Source: Seison nebaliae
Lineage: Eukaryota
Reading direction: 5' to 3'
DNA length: 64,000 nucleotides
NCBI GenBank assembly: GCA_023231475.1
Contig: JALJEE010001766.1
Coordinates: 1 to 64,000, forward strand
Shown: positions 36,230 to 51,500 of the stretch, piece by piece
How positions within the stretch are numbered: the stretch's first letter is position 1
How the letters are laid out: every line of letters begins with the position of its first letter
Notes under the pieces: model-generated
Seen by the model: only the letters and a program-made list of their open reading frames with translations
Databases searched by the model: none
Told to the model about the DNA's origin: nothing
Position numbers and translations under genes: made by a program

Positions 36230-39200
36230 TTATCTGCAAATTTCTTTCAAACCGAAATCGACCGATTGATTCCGTAATACACGATCTTTGATTTTCTGTA
36301 AAAGAATTAAGATTGAAATTGATTTTACAATTATTAGAGAAAGAGGAAAATTAAACGTTATTGAAATTTTTTGCATTTTCTCGAAATTTTCTTCGATCTT
36401 CCAACATTCTCTTTTCTTTCTCTTTCTTTCGAACTTCTGGTAAATTCCTGTAACGTTTCTTCGTATTCGGAATTATATTATTCAAACTTTTCTCACCTTT
36501 TCCATGAATGAAAGATATAGTGAAATAGAAAAAATAATTAACTTATTTCATCCGATCGATTAGATAAAGGAATTTCTTTGATAATATTCTCATTATTCAT
36601 ATCAGTCTTAGTGACCATAGTCGATCGATAAAGTTGTGAGCGATTGGCAGATAAACATTTTCGAGAATGATTATTCGAGTTCTTCATAGTTGAGGATGTT
36701 ACTCGTCGTTGTGGTGGTACGGCACGGATAAGATCGGAAAAATTGTTAATTCTTTCCGATTTGTTCTTGATGAATTTTTTCTGATAGTTCTTTTTCTTCT
36801 CGTCGGAACGTGAATAATTTTGTCGATTTCTCAATTTTTCTTGACGATTTAATTCCTGTCTATAATTCACTCTCGCTTTCAATAACTGAATGCGTTTTTT
36901 CGATTTTTCAATGAATTTGGGATGAAAACATTCACATAAATCTCGAATTGGCATATTGTCAATTTTTGTGACGTTTTTTGATAATGATGGTGATATTGGT
37001 AATTGGATGATGGGAGGAATGATATGTTCATTCTCTTTTTCCTCATGAAATTTCCGTTTGGTGAATGTGTCCGTCTTCTTCTCGTCATCTTTTTTTTCGT
37101 TCTCATCGAATAAAATGAAATATGACTCAGATTTTTTCTTTTTTAATTTTGGAGGAGAATATGTTGTTCCTTCAGAAATGTATTGGGGGAAATAATGATC
37201 TTCTAGAATTGACGTTTGAGTTGAAATATTTTGATGGATGTTTATTTCATTCATGGATTGGTTGTCAGTTCCGATTTTTGCATCTCGTAAACTAGTTTGA
37301 GAGATTATCGATTTTTTTATGAAATATGGTCGATGTTTCTCATTAATTCGAATTTCTTTCTTCAATGGACGATGATTTTCATTCAAATCAATTTCTTTCT
37401 TCAATGGACGATGATTTTCATTCATTTCAATCTTCTTCGTCAATAGTCGATGATTTCGATTGAGATCAATGTCCTGCGGTAATGGACAATGATGATAATG
37501 ATGATGATTATAATTCTCATGATGACATCGATTAGGACGATAAAGATTATTTGCGTTTAATTTTGGTGTATTGAATTGAATAGTTTCTTCTAGGAATGGA
37601 ATAGTTTCGTCAAGAAATGGAATCGTTTCATCCGAATTCATCGTTCGATTCATTTCATTCTTACAACGATCACAAACATTTTTCTTTTCTGTCAATTCGG
37701 ATTTAGTATGTGGAGAAACTTTTCTCTTCTGATTAGAATTGGAATGAATTTGAAGATTTTCTTTATTGGAAATTCTGTTAATTTTTTTCTGAAATTTCGA
37801 AGGACGATTTCTCGGTATGTCATCGAAAATCGACGAAGAAGAAGAAGAAGAAGAAACTGAAGACAATTCGAATTCGGTCACTTTATCCAAATTCATTTTT
37901 TTCTTCTTCGTTTTACGATTGGAAGATTTCTGTTCTTGAACCAGATGTTTCATGAATAATTTACGTTCATCTGATAAATGAATTTTCGGTTTATTCATCA
38001 ACATTTCCGTTCGATCTATTGAATAAAATGATGTAGAATCAGATTTGATTGATATAAATGATTCCTCACAATAATCTTCTTTCACTAATTTCATTCCATT
38101 CGTTTCTTCCGTTATGGTACTCAATGATTTTGTTGATAAATTATCATCATTCTCCGAATTATAATTATTACTATCCACATTGCCGTTGTTGTTGTTGTTA
38201 TTGTTAATACTATTCTTGAGATTGGATGAATCGATTTGTTGAACATGAAATAATTTTGGATTAGATAAATTTGTTGAGATTTTCTCAATATCTTTATTGT
38301 TCTTGATTTGTTTCATTAGGAATTTCAATTCGTTCTGATAATCGATCGATTCTGGTTTCTCACTCAATTTCATTATAACGTCCGTCGCTTTCATGAGAGT
38401 AGAAAGAATATTTGACATTTGATCAGTGGAAATTGTAGGAAGACTTTCATCCGATATTATTGACTCGTCACCATCTTCATTTATTTTTGATGGTTTTTTT
38501 CCAATGGACATATCAATATCTTCGAAATCATCCGAAACTTTCTCTTCCGTTGCGAATGATTGTTGGATCTTCTTCAATTCTTTCAATCTCGTCGATAATT
38601 TATTAGTCTCATCATTCAACCATCCATCATCGATGTCATCAACTTCGTTGATTGATGTGCAAATCGTTTCCGTCGTCGAATCGGTCATTGATTCATTAAT
38701 TTCTTTCGCTATTTCATTAAACTGATCAATTAATTGAATATTTTCATTCATCAGTTTTTCCGGAGAACGACCATCATCTACATCTAAGACTTGACTTGAG
38801 AACATATCTCTAATCTTCTTTAAATTGTCACTAATTCGTTGAGTCATGTCAAGAAGTTGTTCGTCTGATTTCTCTCCATTTTTCACTTCTTTTGAATCCT
38901 GAAGAGTTTCATTCAATTCTTCACTTTCCTCCTCATCATTCTTTTCTTTATTACAAATCTTCTTCCCGTCATTTTCAATCATTCCAATATCGTTTTGCTG
39001 ATTTCTTTCTCCATCACGAGAATTGTTTTTTGTATGTTCATCTTCCATATTTGAATTATTATTATTTTTATTTTGTAATTTATTATCATTAATAATATCA
39101 TCCATCAATTTCTTTCCGATATCATCCACATTCTCACAATAAACGAGACTACTACTATTCGTAATGACATTGTCGAAAGATGACGACGATTTGTTATTAG

Positions 39201-40524
39201 TAGAAGAAGATATTTTAGTTGACGTTCGACTACCAGTTAAGAGATCAGTGGAGAATGAATCGACATTAAATGATTGAATTCCATCATAATTCTGTTGATA
39301 AGTAAAATCGATGGGAAGATATGTCGCTGTATGTAACGCCAATTGTTCTACATTTGTCGATTGATTATTAACTGATTTTGACAATTTCGGTTCTCCCACC
39401 GTCTTTCTCGGATGATCCAGTTGATTTTGAAAGCGATGAAAAATATCTTTCAAATCTTTTCGACTATTATATTCATTCTTTTCATTCGACATCGATATCT
39501 CCTTCAAATTTCCGTTTTCTGATGAAATTTTAGTTACAGGACATATATTGGGAGAATAAAGATGATGAGATGAATTGGATAATTGAAGAAGATGATGATC
39601 ATCAGATAATGTGGTTGGTGGTTGTGCCAATGGTTCTTTTCCATTATTTGATCTTTCTAACGAATTTCCATTTCGACTGATCTTCTCCACTAAATCATTG
39701 AACGACGGTCGTCCACTATACAAATTAGATGTTGCTGTTGTAGCGGATGAAAGAAATGATGACGAATGATCGGACGACGAATCATTTTTCACTGAATGAA
39801 ATTCATTAGAACTTTTATTTTCATTTTTTACGAAATTCGAATCAGCTTCGTCTATTACCGTTGTGTCGGCGAATGGATGGAATATTTCTTTCTGTTTCTT
39901 CACTAATCTCATCGATCGAGGACCAGTTATTCGTCGTTTAGAACAACAAATCTCTTTCGAGTCAGTTAACATAAATTTTATTTTGTTTATATCAACTTGT
40001 TTGGAAGGGAGTGATCTCAAAGAAGAAACTGATGAACGATCTCCATCAATTTCATCATCTAAAAATTCCGATTTTAAATATTTCGTATCAATACTTTCGA
40101 ATGAATTCGTCAAATTATGATTTTGCAATTTAGATACATTACTATTATTCGTCAAATTCATCCACAAATTCTCATCAATCGTCTCACAACTCTCATTGAA
40201 AGTCGTCCAATTTGTGGTTGACATGGGATTGGATCGATCCATCTTCTTCCCATCAATCAGAATTCCTTCTGAATACATTTTAGAATGAGCTGCCAATTCC
40301 CTTTTATCGTGTTCTCGTATCGTATCATACACATGTTCACTTTTATCGTCGACCGATTTATCTAGAAACTCTTTCCGTATTTCATCATTCGTTTTAATCA
40401 ATTGTGACGGTGCCAAATAATTTAAGTGATCGAACGTTTCCCGACTGTCCTCCAAATTACATTCCGACCGAAACTGATCACTTACATCCAACATCAAACG
40501 ATTATTCTCTTCTTTTTTCTCCAT
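36230..40524 (-). CDS. large low-complexity protein with a C-terminal ALMS motif (ALMS1-like); 2 short 3' introns
   Basis: FHPKFIEKSKKRIQLL and, after splicing, TKKRYRNLPEVRKK...|KIKDRVLRN resemble the ALMS motif. Confidence 0.7.
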
Positions 40525-41852
40525 TTAACATAAAATTTCATTTATTCGATTTTTTTCTCTTTAAATCCATTCTGAAATAGGCGCCAAATTCAACTATTAG
40601 GTTGATATGGGAACATTCGTTGATACATTCACTAATTCCTAAAATTTTTCTTCTATTTTTTTTTTAAAGTTTAGCCAAATCACTCAAATAAATACCTAAT
40701 GTTCCAAAATGTAGAAATGAATATAACATAATTCCTCTCAACCTCTCAATTCTTTCATTTCAAAACTTTGTTTTTTTTAATAATAAAATAAAAATTATAT
40801 TTTTAACTATTAGAATGTCTTATAATATACTTCAGATTAAAAGTTTTGATTTCTAATTGAAATTGTTTGAACTTCTTTTACAATCGTGAACTATTTAAAT
40901 ATGGACAAGAAATTAGATAAAATAATGAATTGAATTGTGAGAAAGTTAAACATGGGGTTTTATTGTAGTAAACATGAATGATATTGTTTCATAACATTTA
41001 ATAATTATATTATTGGTAAATCAGAAATATTTGTATATTGGCAATTCTATAATGACATTGAACTTGATACATATGGAGCTCAAAACTAGAGTAGGCGTAA
41101 CATTTCACTCAATGATAATCTTGCACTGTCACAATTATACTTCATTTATATGTCATAAATGTAATAGTTTATTTCAAATCTTTCATTTTTAGATTCAAAT
41201 ATTTAATATTAATAAAAATGATTCTTTTTTTGCATATTTCTCATAATATTATTCCGTACTTTCCAAGTAGTAGGAAAGGAATATAATAATAATGATGTAG
41301 AAGAAATATAAATCGTCCCTTCTTCTATCCCCCATGTAGAGTTGATATAAAATGAATTTCATCTTTCTCATTCAATTCATATTTATAAGTATCCTAGAAA
41401 GAATAATTGGAATGGACAAAGATAAAAGAAAGTTCAACATGTAATTCCCAATCAACATCGTTGATTAACACTAATATTCCCGGTCGTCTATTATTCAATT
41501 AATTATTAAACGTGTAAAAAGAATGCAACATTTTATATTCGTCAATTGCGAAAAGTTCTGGTCTCTCTTTTATCATATTCAACATGATCCATTTGATGAG
41601 ATCATGAATTGTTTCTAAAGAAAAAAAAATTAATTTTTACTAAATTTGTCTTCGACGATAACTAAAATGAACTTGTGTCCGGTGAAACTTCAACTTCATG
41701 TTTAGATTTATTCTCCACCAAATTCTCACAACCACCTCCAAACAATAATTTTAATTTCATCAAAAAAAAGTTTTTTTTAAAATAATTTCTTAACTTTTTT
41801 TTATTTTTTTAAACTTAAAATTTAAGAAATATTTATTTCAAAATTCCCCGTG

Positions 41853-42588
41853 TCAAATCAAATAGAATTTATTTTCGAATAATTGTGGTCGAATTTTCTT
41901 ATATGAAATGATGAATTGATCATCCTTCGACATATTAATTAGATAATCGGATTCTGGGAGATTTTCATCGTTTTCATTGGGATTCCATCGAGTATCGAAA
42001 TTGTTTATATCTTCGTTGCAACGACCAATAATGAATTTATTCAAATTCGGTTTCTCTGTTATCGATAAGAGATCGATTCCTTGTAACATAGATGGAAGAT
42101 GAGATAATACTGAATCTTCAAACATCTTCCCCATGTTAGCTATATATTGCTCCGCATAAATAACTTCTTCACTCGATAATAATTTTATATCAGGATTCTT
42201 CCGATCTATATCGAGAACTCTCGCTGCGAATCTCTCAATTTTCTCCAATCGTTTTCGAAGATATCCACTTAAAATATAATGTAATCTCTGACTTTCTAAT
42301 TGTTTAATTCCCATCTGAATTTTGTAAAAAAATTAATTTTAAGTTTTCTTAATTAAAATATCTAACTGCAAATTCATTTTCATATTTTTTTGTATTAGAA
42401 CCGATTTGTTTTTCGATTGAAGAAATTAATTGTAAAATACAATCAACTGACGTATTGGAATATGGTAATAATTCTGGTGCCATTCGTTCATTGATCCATG
42501 CTCGTTTCATACTGTGATAAACTTGCTCCGAAGTAACACATTCTTCAGTACTCTCCATTTTTTCATTCATATCAACTTCAAGAGACAT
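41853..42588 (-). CDS. gins4: GINS complex subunit Sld5; intron 42315-42366
   Basis: AWINERMAPELLPY, RLHYILSGYLRKRLEKIERF, LLSSEEVIYA. Confidence 0.92.
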
Positions 42589-42907
42589 AGCTACTTTTTC
42601 GAAAAGATGGGAAGAATACTATTTAGAGGAAAACAATTTTTTGCTGAAATATTAAAAACTTTTTTATGATCTTAAAAATCAAAAAATAATGATCTTCAAA
42701 ATCTTTTTTTTCTCCTTTTTTTATTCCTGGTTCCCGATAATAATGTGAAGGAACTTGTGATACTGATTATTGAGAAGATAGTTCGAGGAGATACTGATCG
42801 TTAATAGATTGATGTTTTCGTGCAGTTTTATGAAGAAAAATTTTAAGAAGTTCAATTTCATTTATTTACAGAAGAACCGGTAGAATGAAAAAAGTAAAAG
42901 GTTGTGA

Positions 42908-43201
42908 TTAAAAATGATCATCTGGTGAAACATTAATATCAGATGTACTGGTAAAAATTCGGTTATTATATTCGGTGAGGGTTTTGGAATGTTTCGGTAA
43001 TGAATTGGATTGAGTAGGAGTAGATTTTGAATGAGTTTTATTCTTCATTTGTTTCAATGCCTCTTTAATTTTATGTCGAACATCATATCGGGACTTGGAG
43101 AAGAACATGTAGTAAACACCGTAACCGAAAACGCCAACAAGTCCGGGAACGATGAGTACGGCGAATGGAATGATAATTCTGATGGCGAGATCACTGACCA
43201 T
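42908..43201 (-). CDS. small single-pass membrane protein of unknown function (ORF could start at 43324)
   Basis: Hydrophobic IIIPFAVLIVPGLVGVFGYGVYYMFF followed by a basic tail; no recognised family. Confidence 0.5.
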   Translation of the reverse strand: MVSDLAIRIIIPFAVLIVPGLVGVFGYGVYYMFFSKSRYDVRHKIKEALKQMKNKTHSKSTPTQSNSLPKHSKTLTEYNNRIFTSTSDINVSPDDHF

Positions 43202-44586
43202 AGTTTGAGGAATTGAATTAAAAGTTTTTTTGTTATGAGAACGATGCAGGTTTTCATTGAACTGTCCAAGTATGTTCGTTTCTCTTTGTTCTGAAGAAAG
43301 AAAATTTGTTTTGTTCTCATACAAAATTCTCTACATCTGGTTGTTACATGGAGATTTTATTGATTATTATGTATGAGAAGAAATTTGAAAGAGTGTTGAA
43401 ATTTCTATTAGAGGAAGAAGAAGAATATTAATCGATAACGAGATCTTCTCTAATGTCGTCTTAATTTACAATAAAATCGACAACTAACATTATCTCATTG
43501 GTTATGATATATCACAAAAATAATTATTAGGAGACATTAACTTCTATTGAAACTTTTTACACTAGTTAAATAAACGTTTCACAAATTGTGAAAATAACTA
43601 ACTCAATGTTATCCAGAAGTGCTATATAAGTACTCTTTACTGTCAAAATTATAACTGGTGGAAACCTATGGCAATGTACATTAATTTCCTTCTCTTTTTT
43701 CTCAGCGGAATTTATATGATATATGTCATGGTAAAAAAAAGTAGGAATGAAAAACAACTTTTATTCCTGTTTGATCGGTCATTTAATATTACCAATAACT
43801 AATATTGGACATAGACACATAAAAGTGTGTTTTTTGTTCACGGAATGGACATGGTAAGGGCTATGTATACAGTATACAGAATGAGAAATAAGAAGGAAAC
43901 AATCGAAGATATCCAAGAGAAACATAAAGAAATTTATACATATATTAGTTATGCATAAAATTCTCCTTTCATCACATAAATAGTTCACTAAATGTAGTTC
44001 AACATTTGGAATATTCTAAACATGCATGAAGAAATTACTGAAGTTAGAAAATTTTGATTTTTTGACATCCTACACATTCGCCCACCAAGTCTCACCTTGT
44101 TCTTTCCACTTTAATTTCAACAAACGTTAAATCTGTTCTAAAACTGACCAACTGTGCTACAAATTATTCAATAATGTCTTAATAAATAGTTTTGCTAGTT
44201 GTCTTACAACTTACTTTTTAATACCGAAATTTGATCGAACTAAAAATTCATAAAATTTCTATTGGCAAAACATGTTACGCTATAAAAAAGGAAGTTATAT
44301 TGGGTTCAATATCTACATCTCCCAAAGATAATTAATATAGTTTTGGTCACATAATCGGTAAAATGTTTAAAAGAATTAGAAAACTTCTCATCAATTGAGT
44401 GGGGAAAAAGAAAGAAAATGTTGGCGGCTAATATTTCGAAGAATGTTGAAATGTTGGATGAATAATGATCGCGAAGAAATTTGAAGGAGAGTCATTAACG
44501 TGTGTTTTCTAAACTATCTATGTGATGAGAATAAGATTTCACTCAAATTTTTGTTATTCGATTTGACATTCAATTTTTCGTGAATT

Positions 44587-46393
44587 ATGATACATCGATT
44601 GGTTGAGATGAGTAGTCGGCATTCTTTCTTATCTGTGTTTGGGCGAAGGACAAAGAATAATTCGGTGAATAGTTCATTTATAGAATTTGTTTTATTCTCT
44701 TCAAAGACACAAATAGCATCCTTCACTCGTTCGTCATTCTCTTCATTATCCTCATTTGCTAATGAATCGTTGGATCATCTTAATCGTTCGTTGAATGAGG
44801 TCGACCCACAAATTAGTCGATTGATCGATGAAGAGAAACGAAGACAATGTGAGAGTCTCGAATTGATTGCTTCTGAGGTTTTTGTTTAATTTGACGAACT
44901 TTAAATTTTGAAGAATTTTGCAAGTCGCGCTTGTCTCGAAGCAGTTGGCTCTTGCCTTAATAATAAATATGCGGAAGGATATCCTGGTGCTAGGTGATCA
45001 TTTATCTTCTTCCTCTTCTAATATCATTCTTTGTAAAATAGATATTATGGTGGAACGAATGTGGTTGATAAAGTGGAACGTTTATGTCAACAACGAGCAT
45101 TAGATGCATTTGGATTAAATTCGAATGAATGGTTCGTTAATGTTCAACCACTTTCCGGTTCACCTGCAAATTTTGCCGTTTATACGGCACTATTAAAACC
45201 ACATGATCGTCTCATGGGATTGGATTTACCAGATGGTGGACAGTTAACTAATTTCCATATTTGCAATAATTCATTAATTTTTTTAAGTTTAACTCATGGA
45301 TTTATGACGAAGAAAAAACGGATTTCAGCCACTAGTATTTATTTCGAATCGATGCCATATCGTTTGAATGTTGGAAAAAAATTATTTTTTCTTAAATTTT
45401 TAATTTGGTTCTTTATTTATTTTAATTTTCATCAGCCATCAAATGGATTAATCGATTTTGATGCATTATATCGAACGGCGTCATTATTCCGTCCAAAACT
45501 CATCATTGCTGGTACATCTTCATATTCACGATTATTGGATTATCGAATATTTCGTCAAGTTTATCTTATTTGTAGGATTTGATGACAAATACGTTGAATC
45601 AGATTTGTGATGATGTCGGGGCGATTTTGATGGGTGATATGTCCCACATTTCTGGATTGGTTGCTGCCGGTGTAATTCCATCACCGTTCGATTATTGTGA
45701 CGTGGTCACTACCACCACACATAAGACTTTGAGAGGTGTACGATCTGGATTGATTATGGGTAAATTAGAATTTGAGAGACAAATTAATTCGGCCGTATTT
45801 CCCGGTTTGCAAGGAGGTCCTCACATCCATCAGATAGCTGGTGTGGCCGTGGCTTTGGAATTAAGCAAAAGAAAAGATTTTGTCGACTATCAAAAACAAG
45901 TGCTAGCCAATGGGAAACTAATGGAGAAGTTGTTTAAGGAACGAAATTTTAAAATTATCAGTAACGGAACTGATACACATCTCATTTTAATCGATTTACG
46001 ATCACACGATTTGGATGGAGCGAGAGCGGAACTTTTATGTGAGCGAGTGAACATTTCTGTGAATAAGAATACTTGTCCTGGTGACATTTCAGCATTGACA
46101 CCCAGTGGATTAAGATTAGGCACAGCCGCTCTCACTAGTCGAGGTTTTAGTCAAAGTGATTTTATTGCGACTATCGATCTTTTCTGCTCAGCCCTCCAAT
46201 TAGCCAAACAGGCGAAAAAGTCGACAAGTTACAAACAGATTTCGGAAAGAAAAAATTATAAAATATTTATGTTGTAGCTACATTGAAAGAGTATTATTCA
46301 TTTCTTCAAACAAGTGAAATAATGAAGAAGGAGATGCATAATTTAAAAACGGATGTTACTCAATTTGCTTCTACTTTTCCCATGCCTGGTTAG
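44587..46393 (+). CDS. shmt2: serine hydroxymethyltransferase, probably mitochondrial; 6 introns
   Basis: [57 protein letters not shown]; Ser/Arg-rich N-terminal extension. Confidence 0.95.
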
Positions 46394-46903
46394 GATGACT
46401 GGTGAGAATTCGTCATTGACAACTAATCGATCGTCGGCCGTATGAACATCTCGAAATAGATTCATTCGATTTTTAACTTTATCAATTAATGTTCTTTTCG
46501 CTTGGACGACATCTAAATGAAATAAAATAAGAATTATCTTCCAAATAGATGTGAAAACATTTGTGTCGGAATAACATTTGACATTTCCTGTTGTACGGTG
46601 ACGCTTCGGCGATATCACACATTTTATGATTTATCGTACTATAATTTGAAATAATTTGAGAATGATGAGAAGGAATAAAAACTCATATTGAATGATTTGA
46701 TAATGGGGATGACATCGTTTAGTTCGTCGATGATGACCATAATTCAAACAGAGTCGAACACGAGTAAATGTCATACATTTGACTGTTCGTTGGATGTCAG
46801 GAAGGAATGCATGCATCCATGGACTCCAAGGTGAATATGAAAAGAATTTAGTATTTCTACTCAACACTAAATCGATGAGGAGAATGAAAAAGAAACTTTC
46901 CAT
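46343..46903 (-). CDS. small secreted orphan protein with a TSP1-like WSPW motif; introns 46639-46682 and 46513-46558
   Basis: Signal-peptide-like MESFFFILLIDLVLS, SPWSPW...TRVRLC...C; two GTT..AG introns keep the frame open. Confidence 0.6.
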
Positions 46904-47120
46904 AGAAACTATGATTTCAGATAATCGAAGCTTTGAATGAGAGAAGCCAAACTTTTTATTCTTCTCGAAATTGTTAATAAATTATAATCAATTTACATTA
47001 ATTTCATTTTATTTATGTTTTTTAAATGTTTAAAAAAATTTCTATCAGACGTGTCATTAGATTTCCCTTTCGTCACAACAATTTCATTATCAATTTCGAG
47101 AATTAAATTCTTTTTCCACC

Positions 47121-48564
47121 ATGTCCATCATGGGAAGATTTCTCATACTATTCATTTGTATCAATTTGAATTATTCATTAAATGACACTAATTCTGATGG
47201 GAAACGTTTGTTAGTTCTCGTTGATACGATGACAATTAGAGAAACACATTCCATCATTTTAGATGGTTTACGAGGTTCATTTCCTGCACTTGTTCTTTTT
47301 AAACGATTTTTTTCCATCCAGACGAAGGCTTTGATGTACATGTACAAACGGTGGATGATGAACGATTGCAATTATTGAGATATGGAGAATATTTATATGA
47401 TCATATTCTACTTTTAGCACCATCAGTTGAACGTTCGTCATGAAATTTGTATAATTTCAATTTCATCATTTTTTCATTTTAGAATTCGGCGGCGATTTAT
47501 CCACCGCCACATTAAATCGATTTGTTGATGCTGGAGGAAATATTTTTGTGGCTGCATCAACTGAGATGGGAAATGGAATTCGAGAATTATTGGCAGAAAG
47601 TGGGGTAGAAGTGGATGATGATAATAGTCCATTGATTGATCATAAAAATTTTAATGATAAATTCGATGTTGATGGAAATCATGAGACGATAGAATTATCA
47701 ACAAAAAATTTGAATGATGGGAAAATCATTACGGGAATTGATAAGACGACGAATGGTAAATTATTATTCAAAGGAACAGCATTACAGATGGACAAAGAGA
47801 ATCAATTATTGATCAAGGTTCTCAGCGGTAATGTTGAGAGTTATACAGGAAATAGTGATGGAAGTCGATTGACTGAATATCCACATGCGATTGGTAAGAC
47901 AGCTGCATTAGTTGTTGCATTGCAAGCACGGAACAATGCACGAATGGTAATGATCGGATCTTTAGATTTCTTATCTAATGAATTCATTGAATCATTCCCA
48001 TTAAACGGAAAGATGAGTAATTCTCTCCTCCGATGGACTTTCAAACGATCGGGAGTAATTCGTATGAGACAAGTGTTCCATCGACTCGCTACTGACACTA
48101 ATACAAAATCAATAAAATCTAATGATGCAATACCGTCATCACCTGAAGAATACACGATTAAGGAGTTCGTCCAATTTTATGGCATTCTCGAACAATTCGA
48201 CAAAGGAGAATGGATTCCGATGAATGAGAAACATTCAGTAGCAAATGACCTCCAAATGGAATTCGTTCGAATCGATCCATTCGTTCGACGTAACATGCAA
48301 CCATCAAAAGATGTTAATGGTCGTTTTGAAGTGAAATTCCAAGTGCCTGATGTCTATGGAATTTATACATTCAAAGTCAATCATGAACGATTAGGTTACA
48401 CGAAAATTGATGAGGCACATCGAGTAAAAGTCCGTCCATTGACCCATCGACAATATGAACGATTCATTCCGTCTGCTTATCCATATTATGCTTCAGCCTT
48501 CAGTATGATGATTGGAGTGTATCTTTTATCATTCGTCGTTCTTTATCATTCGGATGAGAAGTAG
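47121..48564 (+). CDS. ddost: oligosaccharyltransferase 48 kDa subunit; 2 introns
   Basis: YGEYLYDHILLLAP, ALQARNNAR, QMEFVRIDPFVR, VPDVYGIYTFKV, YERFIPSAYPYYASAFSMM. Confidence 0.96.
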
Positions 48565-51500
48565 AAAAGATGCTCATTACTTTCATTTCATATCAATTCT
48601 TTCTTTCTTTTTCTTAGCAAATTAGAAATGATTATACTCGAAAAAATTTAGTTAACAAAAAACAATTAAAAAATCTTAAAAGAATTTCTATATTTTTCGT
48701 TAAAATCTCTTCTCTTGTCCATTGTCGTCTACTTTTTTTATATTTATTTCCATTCGTTTTCATCATCATTTATTCCAGTTAACAAATAAACGATGTTCCT
48801 CCTTTACCCATTTATTTGCGCTCACCAACAGTTCGAATGATGTGAAGGAGAAAAGTAATTAATAGGAGAGAAGGAATAGATCAACATCATCACCATCATT
48901 AGCCATCTCTCCGGAAATTGCATGTTCTTGGTGACTGATACGGATAATATAACTGTCTTCTTATTAGGAGTGAATCCTTAAACATTTTTCTATTCCGAAT
49001 ATTTATGATTTACTTTTATCTCAATTTATGATATTGTCAAATCAAAGAAATTTTTTTCGTTACACTATGAAAGATAAGAAAGAATTTCAAAATGGAAATT
49101 TCTATTCTTGATACTGATCAATGTTGTTGTTTTGTTTGATGGATTAATTTCAGTAGGAGTATATTCCATGTCAATATGAAATAGGAGAATATTAATTATG
49201 AGAAGAATAGAATCAATTGAGGAGATGAGGAATCATATCAATATACTGGTGTGAAAGGGAAATGATATATTTTTATCGTCCATCGAATTGTTTTCTCATA
49301 AATCGTCGTTAGTTAGAAATATGTTATCTATTAATGTTTGTTCCATTTGACGTATCTGATTACTATGCATATTCTTTTATGAATACTGATAATGAAACAT
49401 GTATATTACGCAGCTTAACGATGATTATATTCCGTGCGAAAATTGTCATTTGTCACCTGTTCCTAGAAGCAGAAAAAATAGATGACTTGTTTTTCTCAAT
49501 GGTTTTTACTTATCTTTTATTTGTTAAGAATTGTCATGAAGGAAATCTTTCATTACTCTCAATAATCAATTTTATCAATGTCAATTCACTGGACAATGTT
49601 GTTGATATTCTCCAAATTATTGATGACGAGAAATTCATTATTCCTTCAAACAGAACGACAAATAATTTGATTTGACTTCTTCCATGACAACTTCACTTTC
49701 TTCTTCAGATAGAAGACTGATGATGTAAAACTATATAAGTAACAAGTGGAATGATAATGAGTATGGAATCATGTGCTTCTTTCACAGACATTTTCTATGG
49801 AGTTCCATTTCCAATAAATCAATACATTCATCACCAATACAATAATCAATTTTTTTCCATTAAAATTTTTCTAAATTTTCTTTTCGAAAATCATTTCCTT
49901 TGGAAATTCACCGAACAAATGATTATTTTCATTGTGGAATTTCAGTCGTGCGGAAAATTTAATTTTGAAGTACTTGAAGAACATTTCTCGATGAAACATG
50001 ATTGGAATTTAAAGAATTAAATTGAAATTAAAGAATTAAAGAGATTTCATTCATCCATCGAATGATGGGGGAAGACTCTATTCAATATCATTCCCAATAC
50101 AATCAATGATTTGATTGAAGAATAATATCTTTCTTCTTTCTTCTCCTTTAATTACATTCTACTTCTTTTTCTTATTATTCTCGTACAAATCTCCGCATAA
50201 TGATCAGCATGTAACATTATGCATGCTTGGTGGGAGTGAATGCAAATGACGAAAGTTTGAAGGAAATTAAAGGACAGTATTATATATAATTTGGGAGGAA
50301 CAAAATTATTGGAAGGAAGTCTTTCTTTCCAAATGACTTTCTATTATTATAAATTCAATTTTTACCATCTGTTCAAATTCAACTCACTATTCCCATTAAA
50401 CAATGAATTTTTCAAGTGTAATTCTTAATGTACTATTTGTCCATTTGGAGGAGACGGAAATAAATTCGGAAATTTCTCACTTATCATATTCTCACATCGA
50501 TGTACTCATAATTGTTCGGGACAGCGAAAGATTCGTTTAATTCCTTCCCTAACAGAAAATCGCATCAAGCAAAATGATCAAAGAAAATTTAATTTGACTA
50601 TAAATTTCGAAGGAAATGAATAAATTAATAAGAAGTATACGACGTAATAGTACGTATACGTCCTTAGACTAAGCCTGCACGTCCCACACTCACATTTTAC
50701 TTATTTCCATTATAAGACGGATGAAGATAAGATGAAGTAGATATAATTTTGCAGAAAATTCTTATGATTTCAATTTACTTCACCCACATACTTCTCCTTT
50801 CTGTCTTCTCAATTATCGATCCTTCTGGATTCTTCAATCTTACGGTATTACCACCACAACTCTGAAATAATTTATCTCGTTCATTTCAGAGAAAAGGAAA
50901 ATTCATAATTTTTTGTTTATTTTATTTTTTTCATAAAAAAACTATAATTTAAAAATGTAAATGGAAAATTGAGAGACATTATTAGTTTAATTATTAATAT
51001 ATGTCTTGAAATTAATTTGGTTGGTGAGACGTATGAATAATTGAGTGGGAGAAAGGGTTTTTAGGTAATTTCTCGCAGAATAAATCGATAAGTCTCCTGA
51101 GATAGGAGATGTCCGGACATATTAATCTAAAAAATTTTATGAAAAACCATTGTCACAAAAACTGCTCATTCTTTTTTCATTTATCATCTTCATCATTTTA
51201 TGGAAGTGATCGTTCTTCCATCATCTGCCTTCTATTCATTCATCTATCTTCCACAATCAAACTTTATCGCATTCATTATAATTTTCCTTCTTCACACGAC
51301 AGGAGAAAATGAAACTGGTAAATAACAAAAATTTTTCATTATAAAAAGTAGTTAAGAATAAATTAGTAGCGATGAAAGATTATTCATGTATCAATCATTT
51401 GAATCGTTAATTTTAATTCTCGAAACCTCGACGGTATAATCTCGATCATAATTTATTATCTAATCTGAATGAACTCATTTTGAAAATAAGAAGGCAACTG

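Noticed and set aside
43500..44400. Possible DNA-transposon relic
   Set aside because: Composition differs slightly, but I found no convincing transposase motif or TIRs
49334..50020. 113-aa and 89-aa ORFs
   Set aside because: AT-rich, no motifs, no consistent splice structure
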